Source: Setoptus koraiensis (lineage: Eukaryota; Animalia; Arthropoda). From it: 64,000 nt of DNA. Within the stretch, counting starts at the first letter, position 1, and every line of letters starts with the position of its first letter. Positions 59,860 through 64,000 of the stretch are shown piece after piece. The stretch covers positions 9,858,001-9,922,000 of the forward strand of contig CM106585.1 of NCBI GenBank assembly GCA_048013815.1, given 5' to 3'. Below the pieces are notes generated by a model. That model saw only the letters and a list, made by a program, of their open reading frames with translations. It searched no databases and was not told the DNA's origin. The translations under genes were made by a program, and so were the position numbers.

Positions 59860-60342
59860 GATTGATATGATTGTTAGACAAGTTTATCACTGCCAACCGA
59901 TGTGTATGAAGTCTGCTGACATGCCATGTTATCATGAACAAACACCTATTGACAACAGATCTTGTTGTATCAGCAATCACGATCTAAGCCTATCAGCCGG
60001 GTTGTAAACTACCCCCAAAAAAAAAGATAACTGTGAAGGCAAGGAAATGGCATATTATTATCTATTTGTAGAGTCAATTGTTAGGGATTAATCACAACGA
60101 AAGTGTTTGTATTTTTGATATATAACGAGCAATATTTTGTTGCAAATATCAAATCAATAGTGCTTTGTACAGTTCTATACAGAAAGTCATTCCGTCCAAG
60201 TACAGAACGTTTAATAATAATTAATAATAAAACTGACGAGTATTTTAGCCAATATTTCTGGCTTCATAATCAACGATTCTTAGATGTCTTCTTTTTTTTC
60301 TATAATCATTATATACATTTGAGAATATTTCCTGTTTGTCCA

Positions 60343-60791
60343 TTAAGGCGCCGGTGTCGTGTTCAATGCGTCAAGTTCGTCTAGTGAGTTTGGCCTAAGT
60401 AATGGAGGAGGATATAGTAGTTATTGAATAGAATAGGATTAGAAACAGTCTGAATGTAGCTAGTTCACGTCAGCCGATAATGTCGGTTCAGATAGTTGTA
60501 TTTCCAGCAGGATCGTTATTGAGGCCCTGTAACTTACCCGCAGCATTTACTCTGGGCCAAACAGCAAAATACGTTTCGTCCAGAATATGTTTTTAGTTCG
60601 TCGCAAGTGTCACAAGCAGTCGTATTTAGTATATAACCAAATTTGATGAAGGCATCAACAGATAGATCTTGATGGAATATGAAGAAACAAAACGCTACTA
60701 GTGTCAAACTAATCAACCATTTATAATGAAGACCAGATCTGGCCTTGGGAGATTGGAATGAATTCTTTCTGTGATTCTTCGAAATTTGCAT
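60343..60791 (-). CDS. Small Cys-rich putative secreted peptide precursor (101 aa, 2 exons)
   Basis: Exon 60791-60538 ends at GG|GTAAGT and joins in frame via TTAG| to exon 60394-60343. A hydrophobic segment precedes C-x2-C-x12-CC-x5-CC. Confidence 0.6.
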
Positions 60792-62656
60792 GATTAAGCT
60801 GTTGAGTGTTCGCCTAGTTTGTTGTTAGATTAGCCGATCGTTGTCGCTTTATGTTATATTGATTGTTGAGGCTAAATTAGACAATCTATATGTCTATTCA
60901 CCAAAGATGAGATGTCTCGACTATGTCTCTTACACAAGCTTAAATACTATGTTGGCCGATAGACCTAAACACCGAGTCTGATGAATATTTGTTTGACTAT
61001 ATTACTTTCTGATGATTTTATTCAACACACTTATCATTTATTGTATACTTAGTATACACTGAGATTGAAGTTGGCCAATATTAATAAGTGCGCACTGGAG
61101 TGGTTATTGTCGATTTTTGCTATGTCGTTCTCTACTCTCTTAATGATGGATTGTTAGATAATCGTCTCGGAAACCATAGCGTCTTCTTTATTGTTGGCAT
61201 TGGCACTATCAGTAACTATCGAGTGTGATTTGGTCCAACTCGAGTACGAATTAGAGTTTGATTTATGTCAATAACAACTGTGGTAATCTTTTGTCAGTCA
61301 ATGAAGAGAATCAATTTAGAAACATCAGTAATCCACATGGATAAGACGACACTGAAGATTAAAACTAGTATGAATTAAAATAATTTCTTCTGATTTTTTT
61401 CGATTGGTATCAAGTTGCTGTCGACTATTCTCGGCCTCAATTGGCACTGCCGAGACTTGTGATGTGAGCAATTTGCAGCAACAACAACAGGTAAGAAGTG
61501 TAACTAGAGGTACATACTTAGACATACACACACACACACATTTGATATTTATACATTGACTAGCCAAGCTGATAGTATGTAATCGCATGGTGTCGTGAGC
61601 CTTCTTTTTACCTCGTCTCATCTTAGCCATAATGCGATAGAGAGAAAGAGAGATTTGTCAAACTTGTTGAGACTTTTTCAGTTAGTCAAGATGCTCAATC
61701 GTGTGACTACATTCTATGTGCACCGCAGTCACTATCTGAGACCATCTATCTCTGGTAGCAGTTGTAGTAGAGAGAGCAATTTAGACTATCTAATTTGAGG
61801 ATGCTCTTGGCTTGTTATGGTGATACGATCAATCACTTCTTGTGTTTGTTTGTGTTCCTATTTTAATAATTGACGCAACCCGACAAGCGAGCCTTTTGAC
61901 ATTTTATTGGAACATCGGAATTAGTTTGCCGGCCAGCAAAGTGTCTACAAGGCAGTTAAGTTTTTGTTTATATTTGTGCAATTTTTACATTTTTCGGCAG
62001 GAGTAGGTCACGGGAGCTAAGCTGTCTAGCCGGCTGAATAAGCATCAAAAATATGTCCCTATTCTGGAATCATGATGCAACCAGGTGAATGTGCTATTCA
62101 CTCAACTCATCATATCGTCTACATTGCAACCACTCCAGCCACTGGAAACAACATTACACATCCAGTTTTATTTGTTAGCTGAGTCCTGATGAGGCTGCTA
62201 TTAATACTGCATAGGGAGAGAAACTTGGTGAGACAAAACTGGCTGCTCTAAAAATCAAAACAGCATCATCATTTATGTATATTATGATTCTAATCGTGAT
62301 GCCAAAATTGAAGAACAACATCCTAGTTCGGCGTCGGTAAACTATTTTTATTTTACTTTCCTAATATCTAGATATCTGGACGCACAAAAGAACTGATGAC
62401 TCTCGTTGTCGAACGAAACACCTGTAAACTCAAAGGAATGATCGTCTTTGGTATTAGTAACTTTCGCGCTATTTCTGTCCGACAAGTAGAGAATAACAAC
62501 CAACCAAACAAACAACGAAGCCGCTGGCCGGAATCGAGGCAAGTCGAATTATAATCATGAAAGGATAGTCGTTATTTCCCCCCTAGTCAAAGAAATCAGT
62601 GTATGTGGCTGGTAAACAAATCAGCAGGCTGTTTGGTTGGAGAGTTAGAGGAAGTA

Positions 62657-62659
<3 letters not shown>

Positions 62660-62732
<73 letters not shown>
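62660..62732. repeat. (AG)n microsatellite, ~36 units
   Basis: Read directly from the sequence. Confidence 0.97.
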
Positions 62733-62737
<5 letters not shown>

Positions 62738-63384
62738 CTTATTGCTGCGCCTCACCGAAAGTTTACACCCTCTAGTGATCCTATTAAAATACTCTCAGTG
62801 ACTATCTCTCGAATTTGCATCCCCCATTAAGAGCCAGAGAATTGAGAAAAGTTATGGGCAGCTATCGCTAGAATTCTTCAGAAGCGACCATTTGTTCCGC
62901 TATCACCGAAGCTACTCCAACAAGCTCCAATGCAATTCGAAATGCTGTATCACTGATTGACAGATAGTCGCCACCGATGAACAAATAAATTTCTGGCGGT
63001 GAGCAAGACAGAAGTAATTGCTCACCTATGGCTCATGGTTGGTTCATGGTAATAAACTCAAAATTTAATAAAATTTGCAAGATCTATCTTCCACACAATG
63101 ATATATTATTGATGTTTCGATATCCAAGTCAACTAGTAAGGTAGGATTCTTCTATCTCGTTTTCTTAAGGGTCCTTCACGTTCAATGCAGGATGTTTCAT
63201 GGGGTCGTACAAATCTACGGTTATATGACGATGATTGGTCCGACATGGATTTTTGGAAACAGCAGTGGCGGTACATTCAGACAATAATAATAAATAACAT
63301 AGTAATAGTGTATAAATGGGAAAATAGTTAGTAATAATTTCTGTTTGTTAGGCCATGCCAGATATATGATACGGTCATAGGTGA

Positions 63385-63973
63385 TCATTTGCCAGATATA
63401 GTCTTCTTGATGGCATCGGCCGTTTTTTCCGCGCTCTTCTCAATTTTATTCACCGTGGCGTCGACGACATTTTTAGTTTTTTCTTTAGCGTCTTTAACAT
63501 CTTTTTTCATACCTTTTGTATCCATGCCTAAACGTTTGTCCATGACCTCCTTGAATTTAGGACTAACCTCGTTCTTGCCTTTCACCGGGCCTCTGTATGT
63601 GGTGGCAAGATACAAGCTAAAAGCAGTGAATGCCCCCAAAAAGAGAAGTCCTGTGCAAGCGAAGCAGCAACAAATTCAGTATGTAAATTCAAGATATAAT
63701 GTAGAGTATTGCGAGATAATCAATGATAGTGACAACGAATTAACACGGAATACATGGGGCCTCTCTTGGGCAGAGGGCAAGATTTAGTGTTATATTCAGT
63801 AGTGATAATCACCTTTTGGACTTATAGCGGCGTGACCAGTCATTCTGGACGCTGATGGAGGAGCGGGGTTAGATTTAGGCGGCGGCGGTGGTTGTGACGA
63901 GCTAATTTTGAAAGATTTGGAGAACTGACGAATTAATAAAATGGACGCTCGAATAAACGATGCGAATTCTAAT
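63385..63973 (-). CDS. Partial gene: single-TM protein with a Lys/Asp/Ala-rich amphipathic tail (5' end outside the window)
   Basis: Exons 63973-63813 and 63650-63385 join in frame (GT..AG), giving ...RQFSKSFKISS..PPPP..SPKGLLFLGAFTAFSLYLATTY...KKDVKDAKEKTKNVVDATVNKIEKSAEKTADAIKK. Confidence 0.65.
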
Positions 63974-64000
63974 CTACAAATAAAATAATAACTATATCCT

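Noticed and set aside
61325-61630. ORF containing a signal-peptide-like MSKYVPLVTLLTCCCCC...VSA
   Set aside because: Overlaps a TG/TTG microsatellite-like stretch, and no convincing downstream exon could be built. A real small gene cannot be excluded.
62348-62542. 64-aa ORF with a hydrophobic N-terminus
   Set aside because: TTG start with an in-frame stop just upstream, and no supported exon chain.

Overview
Eukaryotic, gene-dense and intron-poor animal DNA with short spliceosomal introns and several long intronless genes. The gene content is arthropod-like. I infer a compact mite-type genome, possibly eriophyoid, but cannot prove this. In order: (1) a tandem array of five 4-exon class-A GPCR genes resembling RYamide/NPY-type receptors (2.2-18.9 kb), with near-identical spacers, mosaic copies and a 500-N gap, bracketed by a ~240-bp direct repeat; (2) an intronless gustatory-receptor-like gene; (3) a giant secreted protein (~1,860 aa) with a helical N-terminal domain, ~25 His-rich (Gly-X-Pro)n/Ser-Thr repeats and a short Cys-containing C-terminal domain, interrupted by one in-frame stop inside a corrupted repeat; (4) a TA-flanked MITE and two orphan secreted-protein genes; (5) two intronless ABCA transporters that lack both large extracellular domains and share a gene-converted NBD1; (6) atrophin/RERE, a ~245-nt hairpin, a CARD caspase, SIRT6, NIPSNAP, POLR3H, PIGH, a small Cys-rich peptide gene and a partial membrane-protein gene. 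No rRNA, tRNA or CRISPR array was recognised. The best candidates for new biology are the fibrous silk- or adhesive-like protein locus and the diversifying GPCR array.
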